Positions 30,101-38,747 are shown, counted from the stretch's first letter. The stretch is 64,000 bases of DNA from an uncultured Chloroflexia bacterium (GCA_963712745.1 CAVQJC010000006.1:341133-405132), one strand, 5' to 3'. The notes: generated from the sequence alone by a model not told the origin. Translations and numbers: made by a program.

Positions 30101-32213
30101 GCAGCTGCTGGCGGTCGCGGCGGACGGCTCGGTGACAACGATCGGCATCGGCGGCAACGCCTTCGGCTGGCGCCTGCCGGGCGTGCTGCTGGGCGTGCTG
30201 GGAGCAGCCCTCCTCTATCTCCTCGCCCGCGTGCTCTTCGCACGGCGAAGTATCGCCCTCATCGTGGCCGTCCTTGTCGTTGCCGAGGGCATGCTCTTCG
30301 CCAACTCGCGGATCGCCATGAACGACGTCTACGTGACCACGTTCATCCTACTCGCGGCACTCGTCTTCGCGCCCCTCTACCTCGCTCCGAGGCGGGCCCT
30401 CATCGCCCTCGCCATCGTCATCGGGGCGGGCCTGGCGCTGGGGCTTGCCCTGGCCTCGAAATGGGTCGCGCTCTACGCCATCGGCGGCCTCGGCCTGCTG
30501 GTGCTCTTGCGCTCGGCGCTCGGCCGCTCCATGGCCCTGCTGGCTCTCATGGGCATGACGGCCGTCCTCGGCGCCATGGCCGTTCGCCCAGCCGATATGC
30601 CCGAACCCTCGCGCAACTGGAGCTTCGTGCTATTGATGCTGCTGCTCACAGGGTTACTGGCGGCGGCGATGGTGCGTCGACCGCTGCCCTTCACCAGGGT
30701 GGAGGTCCTGCTGGCGGTGACGGCGCCGATCCTGGCCGGACTGGCGCTGGTCCTGCTGGGGCAGCCGCTCTACGGGGGGCTGACCGTGGGGGCAGGGGCG
30801 CTCGTGGCTCTCATCGCACTCGTGGTGACCTGGGCGGGGCGTGGCCCCTTCTCCCCCGCCGCCCGACTGCCGGCTCGGGACACCAGCGTCTGGCTGCGCC
30901 CGGGGCCGGTCCAGTTCGTGCCCTGGCTGCTCACGCTGGGCGCCCTCCTGGTCCTGCCCATCGGGACGTATGTCATCAGCTACGCACCGTGGGTCGAGCT
31001 GGGCAACGCCTGGGGCCTGCCGCTGCTAGGAGACCTGCCCTTCCTGCCCGAGTCGGTCGAGGACGGCCGTGATCTGGCCGACCTGACCGCATCGATGTAC
31101 CAGTACCACGACAACCTCCGCGCCGAGCACGCCGCTTCGTCCCCGTGGTGGGCCTGGCCACTCGACCTCAAGCCGGTGTGGTTCTTCCAGGAGCGCTACG
31201 CCGACGGCACGACCGGGCTCATCTACGACGCCGGCAACCTCGTCGTCTTCTGGCTGGGCATCGCGGGCCTGGCCTTCAGTGCGGTCATGGCCTGGCGCCG
31301 GCGTAGCCTGGCCCTGACGCTGGTGGTGGTCATGTGGGCGGCACTCTGGCTGCCCTGGGCGCGTATCGACCGGGCCGCGTTCCAGTACCACGTCTACGCC
31401 AGCCTGCCCTTCATGCTGCTGGCCCTCTCGTACTTCCTTGCCGAGCTGTGGCACGGACCGGGCGCACGCACCTGGTTCCTGGCCCGGGTTGCCGGCGCCC
31501 TGGCCATCATCGGCGTGCCGTTGCTGTGGCTGCTGCGCACGCCGCTGTGCATCCTCTCCGGTACGGCCGTGGCACGTCCGGAGGGCGTGGCGTGTGCCGC
31601 GGAGGTCACCCGCACCGCGCAATTGAGCGAGGGCGGCGTGGCGGCGATCTTCGTCCTGGGGGTGGGCGCTGCCGTGGCCGGCTATCTTGCCTGGCGAGCC
31701 TCGCGGGCCCAGGCTCTCCGGCCGCGCGAGGACGGCCGCGGCGGGCCCTGGCTGGCGGCCATCGTGACCGTCGCCCTGCTCACGCTCGGCGGCGTCTTCG
31801 CGGCGCTGCTCCTGCTCGACACCTCGTCGACCACGGGCATCACCATGACCTCCGACGTGCTGGCGCTGATGGGCCTGGTGGTGCTGGGGATCCCGGCCTG
31901 GCTGACGCTGCGCGCGCGCGATCCGCGACGCTTCGTGCTGGGTGTCCTGGGCGCAGCCGTGCTCTGGCTGCTGGTGTGGTATCCGAACATCAGCGGCCTG
32001 CCGCTACCGTCGGAGATCGCACATCTCTACCAGGGCCTGCTGCCGACCTGGAACTGGGACTTCCAGTTCGCGGTCAACACCGACCCTGCTGCCGAGGACG
32101 GCATCGCTGACGCGGCCACCCTCGTCATCGGCGCCATCAGCGTCGTCTTCGTCGTGGCCGTGGCTGTGGCCGCCCGTGCCTGGGGCCGGCCCTCGCCGCC
32201 GCCCTCGGGGTAG
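27159..32213 (+). CDS. Giant (1684 aa) multi-domain GT-C: N-terminal GT-C module plus PMT/GT39-like mannosyltransferase with an inserted soluble domain
   Basis: DYPPAYLY, WGQTD, VHERY (first module); YFDEVYH, EFTHPHLAK, SRIAMNDVY, ASKW, HAASSPWWAWP, FQYH (PMT-like). Confidence 0.85.
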   Translation: MTSTLVQGVGRSHGEPVRPLSVLALSPAIIVLLLGGLALRLTIAYVLFPASGFESDLASYASWAGSMAEFGPGGFYQNAGFSDYPPAYLYVLWGLGLLAGSAGDAAELVKLPPILLDIAVGYFIFRLVRGWTWPGPRSEALALVAAALYLFNPVSFYDSALWGQTDAAGALVLLLGLAALIRGNSEGAAAMAATAALVKPQFGVVLIPLVAAVLVKRHLLQAGSGPRKRPWVPGTLGRWLAREQGPLRLLTAVGVAWLAYLVIALPFGLGPDEYLERMFGTAGGYGYLSVNAFNLWALVGVDGQPSLADALRWNEDTLELLGPLPGLAIGATLLVAGFLWGVVRGAVRDDRWTLIVAITFLAIAFFILPTRVHERYIFPAVALMPLLAVVQRRWALALLLLSVGAFINLHAILTLPLYGSSNVETLPLGEWFRSQPLVVLSALLQTSVGLWAAWQLRPSLRTSPDRFDYASAPAGEGVPALAPPSSYPALPPSPELWVRGPGVVDQVVSRLSWGSLRRDRSATLAWERGGRLDRRDLLIVAVLAVLVLGIRGFRLDQPVRMYFDEVYHARTATEFLQQWQYGEPHDIYEFTHPHLAKYAMAWGIRLAGGNHITGSAELGVPVADTALERRWARSAEDERRRGDRLWVGTGSALRAYDLETDRLVAEVPLAAAAVAVDDAGHRLFVADSVGRLYRLDTTVLDGAPGGQALLETIPQPLSPGPGAPVERLLATDTSLVAATRGALRSFDPETGELVSERLMVGVTDLLELPWAERLVVDTRALPDREVAADLLAEALATDREPLAERLAAEGSVVIAAWLDESAADAVLALIEAGDLPGAELASAPLLAVADHSGVSVLDAWTLDPVDDIASASAVSALMLAEPASDEPTLYAAAGPELLTVPLLEDGPGIPETMWMPGQTRGLAWNESAGLAHVLGDAPEGGPTVYVVEPRGRSVFIDVPLPYEPLRLLADTQADRPDADRTQLLAVAADGSVTTIGIGGNAFGWRLPGVLLGVLGAALLYLLARVLFARRSIALIVAVLVVAEGMLFANSRIAMNDVYVTTFILLAALVFAPLYLAPRRALIALAIVIGAGLALGLALASKWVALYAIGGLGLLVLLRSALGRSMALLALMGMTAVLGAMAVRPADMPEPSRNWSFVLLMLLLTGLLAAAMVRRPLPFTRVEVLLAVTAPILAGLALVLLGQPLYGGLTVGAGALVALIALVVTWAGRGPFSPAARLPARDTSVWLRPGPVQFVPWLLTLGALLVLPIGTYVISYAPWVELGNAWGLPLLGDLPFLPESVEDGRDLADLTASMYQYHDNLRAEHAASSPWWAWPLDLKPVWFFQERYADGTTGLIYDAGNLVVFWLGIAGLAFSAVMAWRRRSLALTLVVVMWAALWLPWARIDRAAFQYHVYASLPFMLLALSYFLAELWHGPGARTWFLARVAGALAIIGVPLLWLLRTPLCILSGTAVARPEGVACAAEVTRTAQLSEGGVAAIFVLGVGAAVAGYLAWRASRAQALRPREDGRGGPWLAAIVTVALLTLGGVFAALLLLDTSSTTGITMTSDVLALMGLVVLGIPAWLTLRARDPRRFVLGVLGAAVLWLLVWYPNISGLPLPSEIAHLYQGLLPTWNWDFQFAVNTDPAAEDGIADAATLVIGAISVVFVVAVAVAARAWGRPSPPPSG

Positions 32214-33526
32214 GCGCTAGCGGTCGTCGTCGATCCCGGGCTGCAGGGCTGCTGCCGCGGCCACCTGCCGGTTTCGCCCTCCGACCTCGTCAGGCTGCCC
32301 GATCGCGCGATCGGCGTGGCCTTCGGATCCTGCTCTGCCTGGGTCCACAGGCCTGGTGCGCGCTGGGGCGTCTCGGGAACGTCCGCGCTGAAGCCGGAGG
32401 GGAGCGCGTCCTTGGCGGCCAGTCGCCGGATGACGAAGCCGTAGTAGTCCTCCACCTTGGCCGTGATGTTCTCCCAGCTGAACTGGACCGCGCGCTCACG
32501 GCCGCTATCGCCCATGCGCCGTCGCAGCAGCGGATCGCGCAGCAAGGTGCCCAGGGCTGCAGCCAGAGCCTCCACGTCGCGTGGCGGCACCAGCACGGCC
32601 TGCTCGTTGCGGCGGACCACTCCCTTGTAGCCGTGGATGTCGCTGCACACGATGGGCTTGCCGGAGGCCATCGCCTCGAGCAGCACGATACCGAACGACT
32701 CCTGGCCCGTGGCCGGCCCGGCGTAGATGTCGGCCGTCGCGAATGCACGCGCCTTGTCGTGGTCAGAGAGACGGCCCAGCATCTCCACGCCACCGAGGCG
32801 GCGCGACTGGACGTAGCGACGCGCCTCGCCGGCCTGAGGTCCGCTGCCCACCACCAGCAGGCGGCAGCCCAGTCCCTCCAGGCGCAGCTGGTAGTAGGCC
32901 CGCAGCAGGTACATCAGCCCCTTGCGGCTCTCGAAGCGACCCACGAAGAGGATGTTGGGCACACCGTCATTCCAGCGAGCGAACGGCGGCACGTCGTCGA
33001 ACTGCGAAAGGTCCACGCCGTTGGGGATGACCTTGTACTCCCCGGGGAAGTAGCGCTTGATGAAGTGCTGCGCGGCTGCGCTGACCGCGATGCGGCCGTG
33101 CAGCCGACGGGCGGGTGTGCGCATGAAGCGCTTGCCGAACTCGTAGGAGGGGCTGAAACCCGAGTACGCATGGAAGGTGGCGATGTTGACGGCCCTGGAG
33201 TAGCGCAGGAGGACCAGGGAGAGGAAGGGCACGAACGGTTCGTGGAAGTGGATGACGTCGAAGCGCTCGCGGTCGAGCATGGCCTGCACGAGCTGGGGGT
33301 AGCGGTGCGAGACCGTGAGCGTGCCTACCGAGCCGTTGGTGGGCACGCTCCAGCCGTAGCCGAGCCGGATGATGTCGCCCTCGCTCGAGCGCTGCGGACC
33401 GTGGGTCGCGCTGATGATGCGCACGTCGTGTCCGCGCTTGACCAGGTTCTCGTAGAGGTAGCCCACGTGAGCGTTCACGCCCCCGGGCAGCGGGAAGATG
33501 TATGGCGTGACCAGGCCGATCTTCAC
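32027..33526 (-). CDS. pimA: GT4 phosphatidyl-myo-inositol alpha-mannosyltransferase, PimA-like
   Basis: MKIGLVTPY...PGGVNAHV, VPTNGSV, HFHEP, ESFGIVLLEAMA; the true stop is probably near 32217 (see rejected list). Confidence 0.8.
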   Translation of the reverse strand: MKIGLVTPYIFPLPGGVNAHVGYLYENLVKRGHDVRIISATHGPQRSSEGDIIRLGYGWSVPTNGSVGTLTVSHRYPQLVQAMLDRERFDVIHFHEPFVPFLSLVLLRYSRAVNIATFHAYSGFSPSYEFGKRFMRTPARRLHGRIAVSAAAQHFIKRYFPGEYKVIPNGVDLSQFDDVPPFARWNDGVPNILFVGRFESRKGLMYLLRAYYQLRLEGLGCRLLVVGSGPQAGEARRYVQSRRLGGVEMLGRLSDHDKARAFATADIYAGPATGQESFGIVLLEAMASGKPIVCSDIHGYKGVVRRNEQAVLVPPRDVEALAAALGTLLRDPLLRRRMGDSGRERAVQFSWENITAKVEDYYGFVIRRLAAKDALPSGFSADVPETPQRAPGLWTQAEQDPKATPIARSGSLTRSEGETGRWPRQQPCSPGSTTTASAYPEGGGEGRPQARAATATATTKTTLMAPMTRVAASAMPSSAAGSVLTANWKSQFQVGSRPW

Positions 33527-34383
33527 GGAGCCTCCTCCGCTCGTGGCAGCCCGGCAGCATCGCGGTCGAAGTGCACCGGGCGCTCGCGTCCGCCCGGATA
33601 GCCCAGGTCCCGCCCGGTACCGTCGCGGCGGACCTTGCCGCCGACCTCGTCCGCGATGGCGTCGAGGTTCTTGCGTGTCTGCTGTGCGAACATGCGCAGC
33701 TGCCCCTTCCAGGTGTAGGCCTTGCCCTCCCAGCGTGTGTCGCGCTCGGCCAGCGCCCGGCGCAGGCTGGCCTCGACATCCCCGTGTCGCTCGAGGATGG
33801 TCACCGTCGAGCCCACGTTGGCCATCTTGTGCGCATCGGAGCCGCCGGTGGCGGCGATGCCCAGCTCCTCAGCCAGTGCGGGCGCCTTGTGGCTCCAGCG
33901 CATGCGCGCGGTGGTGGGATTGAAGCCCTCCAGGCCGTCGGGGTGAAAGATGGGGTCGGCCTCGTCCATGAGCCTGCGGATGGAGCGTTCGCTCGCGCAC
34001 AGGGGATAGGGCGGCAGCGGGTGGGCGATGATGGCCAGCCCGCCCTGATCGTGGATGCGCGCGATGGAGTCCTTGAGCGAGTGCCAGGGTCCGATCCGCC
34101 TGCTCAAGTACAGCCCCAGCAGGTGCCCGCCACGCGTGGAGATCTCCTCGCCCACGATGACTTCGATGGGCCAGCCGTGGTATTCGGCCATGGCCTTGCC
34201 TGCGAGGGCCGCGTCCATGCGCTCGTGGTCGGCGATGGCCACGGCGTCGAGCTTCGCGTCGACGGCGGCCCTGATCATGTCCGCCACCCCGTGGATGCCG
34301 TCGGAGGCGAGCGTGTGGACATGCGGGTCGATGCGCAGCTTCGGAGTCGCCGCCGGCCGCGTTGTCGCCTGTTCCTCGCTCAC
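33523..34383 (-). CDS. PHP-domain metallophosphoesterase
   Basis: DPHVHTLASDG, IADHE, GEEIST, IAHP, GGSDAH. Confidence 0.9.
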   Translation of the reverse strand: MSEEQATTRPAATPKLRIDPHVHTLASDGIHGVADMIRAAVDAKLDAVAIADHERMDAALAGKAMAEYHGWPIEVIVGEEISTRGGHLLGLYLSRRIGPWHSLKDSIARIHDQGGLAIIAHPLPPYPLCASERSIRRLMDEADPIFHPDGLEGFNPTTARMRWSHKAPALAEELGIAATGGSDAHKMANVGSTVTILERHGDVEASLRRALAERDTRWEGKAYTWKGQLRMFAQQTRKNLDAIADEVGGKVRRDGTGRDLGYPGGRERPVHFDRDAAGLPRAEEAP

Positions 34384-35408
34384 CCCTCGTCGTCCTCCCA
34401 GATGCGGAAGAACAGTGTGGTCCATTGTTCGGGCGCGCGCGCGATGATGCGCTCCATGGCCCGAGCTTCCTGCTCCAGGATGGCGCGCGTGGCTGCCCGG
34501 CCCTGGGCGCCCTCCGGTGGCCGCAGCGGAACCGTATGGCCGAGCCACTCGCCCGGCCCGGTCCGCTCGATGGCCTCCAGATACAACGGAGCCCCAGTCT
34601 GGACCGAGAGCATGGCCGGCCCGATGGGCAGCCGCACCGGCCCGCCGAACAGCTCCACGGCTCGCCCGCGGCCGACGATGTTGCGGTCGGCAACGATGCC
34701 CACCGCTTCACCGCGCCCGAGTGCACCGGTCAGTGCGTCGGCAGCATCCTCGACGGGCACGATGGTGACTCCCAACTCGAAGCGCACGCGATCGAAATAG
34801 GCCCTCGCCAACGGCGAGTCCACGAACTCCATCGGTCCGGTCAGGGGCAAGGGGCCGACCCGCGAGCCGTACAGGGCCGAGAGGTCGACCGAGCCGAAGT
34901 GCATGGCCATGTGGATGGGCCCCGGCTTCCCCGGCTCAGGCAGGCTCATGGCCATGGCCGTGGCCGTGGGATCGGCCGGCACGAAGCGGGCCTTCAGCTG
35001 TGTGCCGCTGTAGCGCGGGCCCAGAGCTGCCTCGGCGTAGCCCACGACCCAGTGCCCGAAGGTAGCCCGCACCAGCCGGTCGAGTGCCCGGCGATCCCGG
35101 GCGGCCCGAGCCACCCGCGGTGTGGCCATGCCGTTCTCGACCAGCCAGGTGCACACCCGCCGCAGGTTGTCGCGCACGAGCTCGCGCCGCTCGGGCAGGA
35201 GCAGGTAGAGGCCCGCCCCGAGGGCGAACGCGGCGCGGTAGAGTGGCTTGTCGGGCAGCCTGCGCGCGAGCCAGAGGGTACCGATGAGCAGCCTGAACAC
35301 GACGCGCCCGAAGCGATCGAGAGCCGGCCCCGGCGGCGGCGCAGATCTGCTGATGGCCTCGGAAGGCGAGTCGGCCGCCGTGTGCGCACCGGTCGGCTGC
35401 TCAGTCAT
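34380..35408 (-). CDS. LpxL/PatA-family acyltransferase
   Basis: HFGSVD (HxxxxD), VGIVADR, VELFGGPVRLPIGPA, APEQW. Confidence 0.85.
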   Translation of the reverse strand: MTEQPTGAHTAADSPSEAISRSAPPPGPALDRFGRVVFRLLIGTLWLARRLPDKPLYRAAFALGAGLYLLLPERRELVRDNLRRVCTWLVENGMATPRVARAARDRRALDRLVRATFGHWVVGYAEAALGPRYSGTQLKARFVPADPTATAMAMSLPEPGKPGPIHMAMHFGSVDLSALYGSRVGPLPLTGPMEFVDSPLARAYFDRVRFELGVTIVPVEDAADALTGALGRGEAVGIVADRNIVGRGRAVELFGGPVRLPIGPAMLSVQTGAPLYLEAIERTGPGEWLGHTVPLRPPEGAQGRAATRAILEQEARAMERIIARAPEQWTTLFFRIWEDDEG

Positions 35409-36405
35409 GGGCCCCGACCCTGGCCGCTCGAAGGGCCAGGTCCTCGGCCTCGCCATCGTGGGCCGGCCACATCGGCTTGAAGGTGTACCACTGTTCGGGG
35501 GCTGCGGCGATCATGTGTTCGAGGGCGTCGGCCACCGCCTGGGTGGCGCGAGCGATCTCGGCCTCCGACGTTCCGGCCACCTCGATGGGTTCGTACATGA
35601 TGGGGACGTAGGAGCCATCGGGTTGGCGTCGGGCCAGGACCGGCACGACCACGGCGTTGGTGCGAGCGGCCAGCGTGGCCGGGCCGGCTGGGAGCGTGGT
35701 CCAGTCGCCGAACAGGCGGACCGGCACGTCGTCGGGCCGGTAGCCCCAGTCCACGACCATGCCCAGGATGGCCGGCTTGCGCATGACCCGGAAGATATCG
35801 CGCAGCCGGCGCCAGGGGATGATGGTCACGCCCCACCGCGCCCGCGAGCGGTTGAGCAGCTCGAAGAGCTCCGGATAGGCCGAGTCGTCGGCCAGGCCGT
35901 AGGTGGGGATGCCTTGCTGGGCATAGGCCCCGGCGAAGACCTCGATGCTGCCGATGTGGCCGGAGACGGCGACGATGCCGCGACCCTCTGCTTCGCAGCG
36001 GTGCCACAGGTCCATGAACCGCTGGTGTAGTTCGCCCTCCTTGGACACGAGCCGGGCGGGCTCGTCGGCGGGCAGGTTCGGCAGCCGCATCAGCTCGATG
36101 GTGAAGCGCGCATAGGTGCTGTAGATGCCGCGTGCCAGGCCTGCCACGTCCCGGTGGTCGTGTGGCAGGCCCAGCACGTGGGCGGCATTGCTCTTGATGA
36201 TGTGTCGCTTCGACGGCCACAGGTAGTAGCCGGCGCGGAAGCCGATTCCTGCGAGCGGCTCGCTGATGCGCAGCGGCACCCGCACCAGCAGGGCGCTGAC
36301 GGCGCGGAAGACCAGGACCACGAAACGCTCCCAGGCCCGCGACACGGCTCCGCAGAGCAGCCCCCGGTCCGAGCGGCGGTGTGGTGCGTAGTCGACGCCG
36401 GACAC
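35401..36405 (-). CDS. LpxL/PatA-family acyltransferase (second copy)
   Basis: HIGSIE, VRLFGDWTTLPAGPATLA, APEQWY; start uncertain. Confidence 0.85.
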   Translation of the reverse strand: MSGVDYAPHRRSDRGLLCGAVSRAWERFVVLVFRAVSALLVRVPLRISEPLAGIGFRAGYYLWPSKRHIIKSNAAHVLGLPHDHRDVAGLARGIYSTYARFTIELMRLPNLPADEPARLVSKEGELHQRFMDLWHRCEAEGRGIVAVSGHIGSIEVFAGAYAQQGIPTYGLADDSAYPELFELLNRSRARWGVTIIPWRRLRDIFRVMRKPAILGMVVDWGYRPDDVPVRLFGDWTTLPAGPATLAARTNAVVVPVLARRQPDGSYVPIMYEPIEVAGTSEAEIARATQAVADALEHMIAAAPEQWYTFKPMWPAHDGEAEDLALRAARVGAHD

Positions 36406-36415
36406 GTCCCTCCTG

Positions 36416-37588
36416 TCAGGCGATCGTGACCGCCTCCTGCTCATTCGAGGCTGCCGCCAGGACCGCCTCAGCCTCCTCGACCGCGTCCGACTCGGCGCCG
36501 TTCAGGGTCGCTTCGTCCTCGCCCCGGATGAAGGCCTCGAGACGCTCGCGGGCGACGTCGTCGTGGATCTGCTGGGGCGGGCTCTTCATGAAGTATGCCG
36601 AGGCAGCCACGAGCGTGCCCGCGAGGCCGCGGTCGAGGCCGATCTTGGCGCAGCGGATGGCGTCGGTGATGACGCCGGCACTGTTGGGGCTGTCCCAGAC
36701 CTCGAGCTTGAGCTCGGCCAGCAGCGGCACGTCGCCGTAGGTCGTGCCCTCGATGCGGATGTGGCAGAACTTGCGGTCCTCGAGCCAGGGCACGTGGTCC
36801 GAGGGGCCGACGTGGACGGCACCCTCCTCGAGCTCGTAGTCCAGCATCGAGGTGACGGCGTTGGTCTTGCTGATCTTCTTGGACTCCAGGCGATCGCGCT
36901 CGAGCATGTTCTGAAAGTCGGTGTTGCCGCCGAAGTTCAACTGGTAGGTCCTGTCGACCTTCACTCCGCGGTCGTCGAAGAGGCGAGTCAGCACGCGGTG
37001 GCTGATGGTGGCGCCGACCTGGCTCTTGATGTCGTCGCCGATGACGGGCAGCCCGGCAGCGGCGAACCTGGCCTGCCACTCGGGCTCCCGGCCGATGAAG
37101 ACGGGGATGGCGTTGACGAAGGCGCAGCCGGCCTCGATGGCTCGCTCGGCGTACCAGCGAGTAGCGTCCTCACTGCCCACCGGCAGGTAGGAGACGACCA
37201 CCTCGACCTGGGCCGCCTTGAGTGCCGCGACCACGTCGACCGGCGCCTCCGGCGACTCGGGAACGACGGCTGCCACGTAGCGGCCGATGCCGTCCATGGT
37301 CGGGCCGCGCTGGACGGTGACACCCACCCGGGGTACATCGCAGAAGCGGATGGTGTTGTTGGGCTTGGCATAGATGGCCTCGCCCAGGTCCAGCCCGACC
37401 TTGCTGGCGTTAACGTCGAAGGCCGCCACGAACTCGATGTCACGGACGTGATAGCCGCCAAGGTTGACGTGCATCAGGCCGGGGACGAAGGTGTCCTCAG
37501 GGGCGTCCTGGTAGTAGTAGCGGCCCTGGACGAGGCTGCTGGCGCAATTCCCGACGCCGATGATGCCGACGCGAACCTTGTTGCTCAT
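36416..37588 (-). CDS. ino1: myo-inositol-1-phosphate synthase
   Basis: [49 protein letters not shown]. Confidence 0.97.
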   Translation of the reverse strand: MSNKVRVGIIGVGNCASSLVQGRYYYQDAPEDTFVPGLMHVNLGGYHVRDIEFVAAFDVNASKVGLDLGEAIYAKPNNTIRFCDVPRVGVTVQRGPTMDGIGRYVAAVVPESPEAPVDVVAALKAAQVEVVVSYLPVGSEDATRWYAERAIEAGCAFVNAIPVFIGREPEWQARFAAAGLPVIGDDIKSQVGATISHRVLTRLFDDRGVKVDRTYQLNFGGNTDFQNMLERDRLESKKISKTNAVTSMLDYELEEGAVHVGPSDHVPWLEDRKFCHIRIEGTTYGDVPLLAELKLEVWDSPNSAGVITDAIRCAKIGLDRGLAGTLVAASAYFMKSPPQQIHDDVARERLEAFIRGEDEATLNGAESDAVEEAEAVLAAASNEQEAVTIA

Positions 37589-37615
37589 TGGTGGTGTCTC
37601 CTGCCTTGTCTCGTG

Positions 37616-38281
37616 TCAGTCGTTCTGGGGGTTGGGGGGTTGGGCGGTGACGAAGCGGACGCGCTGGATGACCGTGACGGTCGCCAGCACGGCGATCAGA
37701 CCGAGGCCTATCGCGAGGATGAGGCTGCCGGTGTCGAACAGGTCGGGAGTGACTCCGAAGATGCCTGCGCCCACGACGGCGATGCCGAGGATGACCGTGC
37801 GGACCTCGCGCGGAGCGAAGCCGATGGCGGCCATGCCGGTGCCGCTCGAGAAGCCGAGCGATTCGCTCTTGGCGCGGGTGTAGCTGACCATGAAGGCCGA
37901 GACCAGCGCTGCGGCCGCCAGCCAGGCTCCCAGATCGAAACCGGCTCGCGTGGCACCGATGACGATGCCCAGGTACACGATGCCTTCGCCCCAGCGGTCG
38001 AAGGTGCTGTCCATGAAGGCACCGAGCTTGCTCACCTGCCCGGTAGCGCGCGCGACCGCCCCGTCGAACATGTCGAAGCCCGCACCGGCCGTGGCCACGA
38101 TGCCGGCGAGCAACCACCATTCGAGAGCGGCCAGCACACCGCCGAGCGAGGCGATGCCGAAGCCGATGAGGGTGAGCATGTTGGGCGTGAGCCCTGCTCG
38201 AGACATGGCCAGAGCGATGGGTTCGACCCTGGCCCGGATGCCGGAGCGCTGCTCCGGCGAGATGAACGATCCCTTGCCCAT
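37616..38281 (-). CDS. pgsA: CDP-alcohol phosphatidyltransferase, phosphatidylinositol-phosphate synthase-like
   Basis: TPNMLT, DMFDGAVARATG..SKLGAFMDSTFDR, VSYTRAKSE; next to ino1. Confidence 0.88.
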   Translation of the reverse strand: MGKGSFISPEQRSGIRARVEPIALAMSRAGLTPNMLTLIGFGIASLGGVLAALEWWLLAGIVATAGAGFDMFDGAVARATGQVSKLGAFMDSTFDRWGEGIVYLGIVIGATRAGFDLGAWLAAAALVSAFMVSYTRAKSESLGFSSGTGMAAIGFAPREVRTVILGIAVVGAGIFGVTPDLFDTGSLILAIGLGLIAVLATVTVIQRVRFVTAQPPNPQND

Positions 38282-38283
38282 GA

Positions 38284-38616
38284 CTACCTCTCCAATCCCA
38301 AGAGTGCGATCTCCTGCTCGTGGAACCGCAGCAGGGCCTCGCGACCCAGGCTGCAGATGGTTTCGCGACCCTGCCGCCGGGTCTGCACGAGACCGGCCGC
38401 ACGCAGGCGGCGCAGGTGCCACGACACGAGCGGCTGGCTCAGGTCGACGTGGCGCATGAGGTCGCTGACAGTGCCATCCCCCTGGGCCAGCCGCTGGAGG
38501 ATGCGCAGCCGGGTGGGGTCGGCGAGGGCCTTGTGCACCAGCGCCACACCTTTGAGGTCCTGCGGCGGACCGGTGATGGTGGCGATGGTGGAACGGATGC
38601 GTGCCGGACTTGGCAA
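38284..38616 (-). CDS. ArsR/SmtB-family transcriptional regulator
   Basis: KALADPTRLRIL, LSQPLVSWHLRRLRAAGLV; GGAGGAGG RBS before TTG. Confidence 0.92.
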   Translation of the reverse strand: MPSPARIRSTIATITGPPQDLKGVALVHKALADPTRLRILQRLAQGDGTVSDLMRHVDLSQPLVSWHLRRLRAAGLVQTRRQGRETICSLGREALLRFHEQEIALLGLER

Positions 38617-38647
38617 GCGGTCCTCCTCCGAACTCGACTTGTCACAA

Positions 38648-38705
38648 CAACAAGTCTTTATATAAGCGGTTGTTGATGCTAGACGGCCGGGGACGCCCAT
38701 GTCAA
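38648..38705 (-). promoter_or_regulatory. Promoter and palindromic operator of the arsR-pgsA-ino1 operon
   Basis: Minus strand TTGACA (38705-38700), 18 nt, TAGCAT (38681-38676); CAACAA-N4-TTATATAA-N4-TTGTTG at 38648-38675. Confidence 0.7.
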
Positions 38706-38747
38706 GCCCCCGTGGCGCGGCCGTGGTGAATGGCCCATCATTCGGCC

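Noticed and set aside
32027-32350. ~190-nt convergent overlap between pimA and the giant GT-C
   Set aside because: An alternative frame in the pimA tail (...QVAAAAALQPGIDDDR*) stops at 32217, just past the GT-C stop at 32213, so the overlap probably results from another indel error
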